IMG/VR virus record: IMGVR_UViG_3300025012_000046
Coordinates: 35,506 to 99,505 of that record
Strand: one strand, 5' to 3'
DNA length: 64,000 nt
Origin: a virus
The notes beneath the pieces are model-generated. The model was not told where the DNA came from and ran no database searches. It saw only the letters and a list, made by a program, of their open reading frames with translations. Below are positions 63,258 through 64,000 of the stretch, piece after piece. A program made the position numbers and the translations under genes. Within the stretch, counting starts at the first letter, position 1. Each line of letters opens with the position of its first letter.

Positions 63258-63988
63258 CTAGCATGTTACCCCCTCAACTACAACAGAGTCTTCAACCAAC
63301 ACTCTGTCAATAAGTTTCTCAAATTCACTACAAGCAAAGTCCCAATTAAATTCTTTACTATTTGCAAACTTAATTGCCTCAGTAGCGTATTTATCCCGCT
63401 TAGTCTTATTGCTAATCATCTCTTTCATAGCGTTAGCAAAATCATGGGGAGTCACTATTGGGCGCATAAAAGGCCCAGACTGGCCCCCAAGATAAACCTT
63501 CTGTGCCGGAACAAGGATACCGTGATCTTTAGTCATAAGCTCTATACTTCCAGCACCTTTGACTCCTATTTGTGGAAGTCCAGCAGCCATACTTTCTAAA
63601 TTTCCTAATTCAAAACCTCCACCAAAACAAGTACTTACGAAACAATCTCCTAAATTATAGACCTCATTTATACCTTCGTCGGTGAGTCCAGCATCAGCTT
63701 TAGCAGAACTATTATTGGTAAATATAATTCTATCTGCCGGTGCGTCTACTTGGTCGATAACGTCCAACAAATTCCACCCAGTATCCTGTACCATACATCC
63801 CAACACAAGCCAACTATTTCTATACTTCTTGTTAACTTCCTTAAAAGCTTGTATAAGCGTAGGCTGCTGCTTTCTAGGAGAATTCCTGCCTACGTAAACA
63901 AACACAAAGTCATTTTCTGGTATACTATACTTAGACCTTAGTTCTGCTTTATTGTCCAACGGCTTGTAGGTGTCTAAGTCAACTCCAT
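63258..63988 (-). CDS. Glycosyltransferase, GT-B fold (GT4-like), 5'-truncated
   Basis: HGVDLDTYKP, VGRNSPRKQ, GGFELGNLESMAAGLP. Confidence 0.88.
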
Positions 63989-64000
63989 GGAGTTGACTTA
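63975..64000. repeat. Perfect 26-bp palindrome running to the window edge
   Basis: TAAGTCAACTCCATGGAGTTGACTTA. Confidence 0.95.

Noticed and set aside
567-63941. Many short antisense or overlapping ORFs in the ORF track (e.g. 6678..7088 -, 44959..45615 +, 31434..31934 +)
   Set aside because: They are shadows of well-supported genes, lacking RBS and motifs and running against the clear two-arm strand organisation.
1-64000. Stop-codon reassignment
   Set aside because: Long genes are intact under the standard code and TAA, TAG and TGA all end genes; the breaks seen are frameshifts, not in-frame stops.

Overview
This 64 kb window is part of a lytic, T5-like/lambdoid-tailed dsDNA bacteriophage (siphovirus-type, AT-rich). 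The host is probably a Gram-negative anaerobe or facultative anaerobe (inference from class II RNR, radical SAM, lipoproteins and sigma70 promoters). The + strand (1-21.6 kb) holds replication, recombination and nucleotide-metabolism genes: family A polymerase C-terminus, ATP-dependent ligase, ThyX, 5'-3' exonuclease, SbcCD-like pair, RuvC-like resolvase, dUTPase and NrdJ, driven by three consensus sigma70 promoters. The - strand (21.7-64 kb) holds a glycosyltransferase/methyltransferase/radical-SAM cluster, terminase, portal, protease, HK97-type capsid, tail tube, tape measure, a lambda-like tail tip, fibres, endolysin and an accessory block. Six free-standing homing endonuclease genes are present, three of them frameshifted. 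The most unusual observations are: (1) three consecutive late tail-fibre/tailspike-like genes with Sec signal peptides, followed by a lipoprotein and a lipase; (2) a four-copy bipartite late-promoter element (17-bp palindrome plus TATAAATA); (3) a probable catalytically dead DNA-ligase paralogue with a Zn finger; (4) a ~170-nt multi-pseudoknot RNA that can pair with the downstream RBS; (5) the glycosylation cluster beside the packaging genes. No tRNA, CRISPR array, integrase, intron or intein was recognised. All calls come from motif reading by eye; no database search was run.
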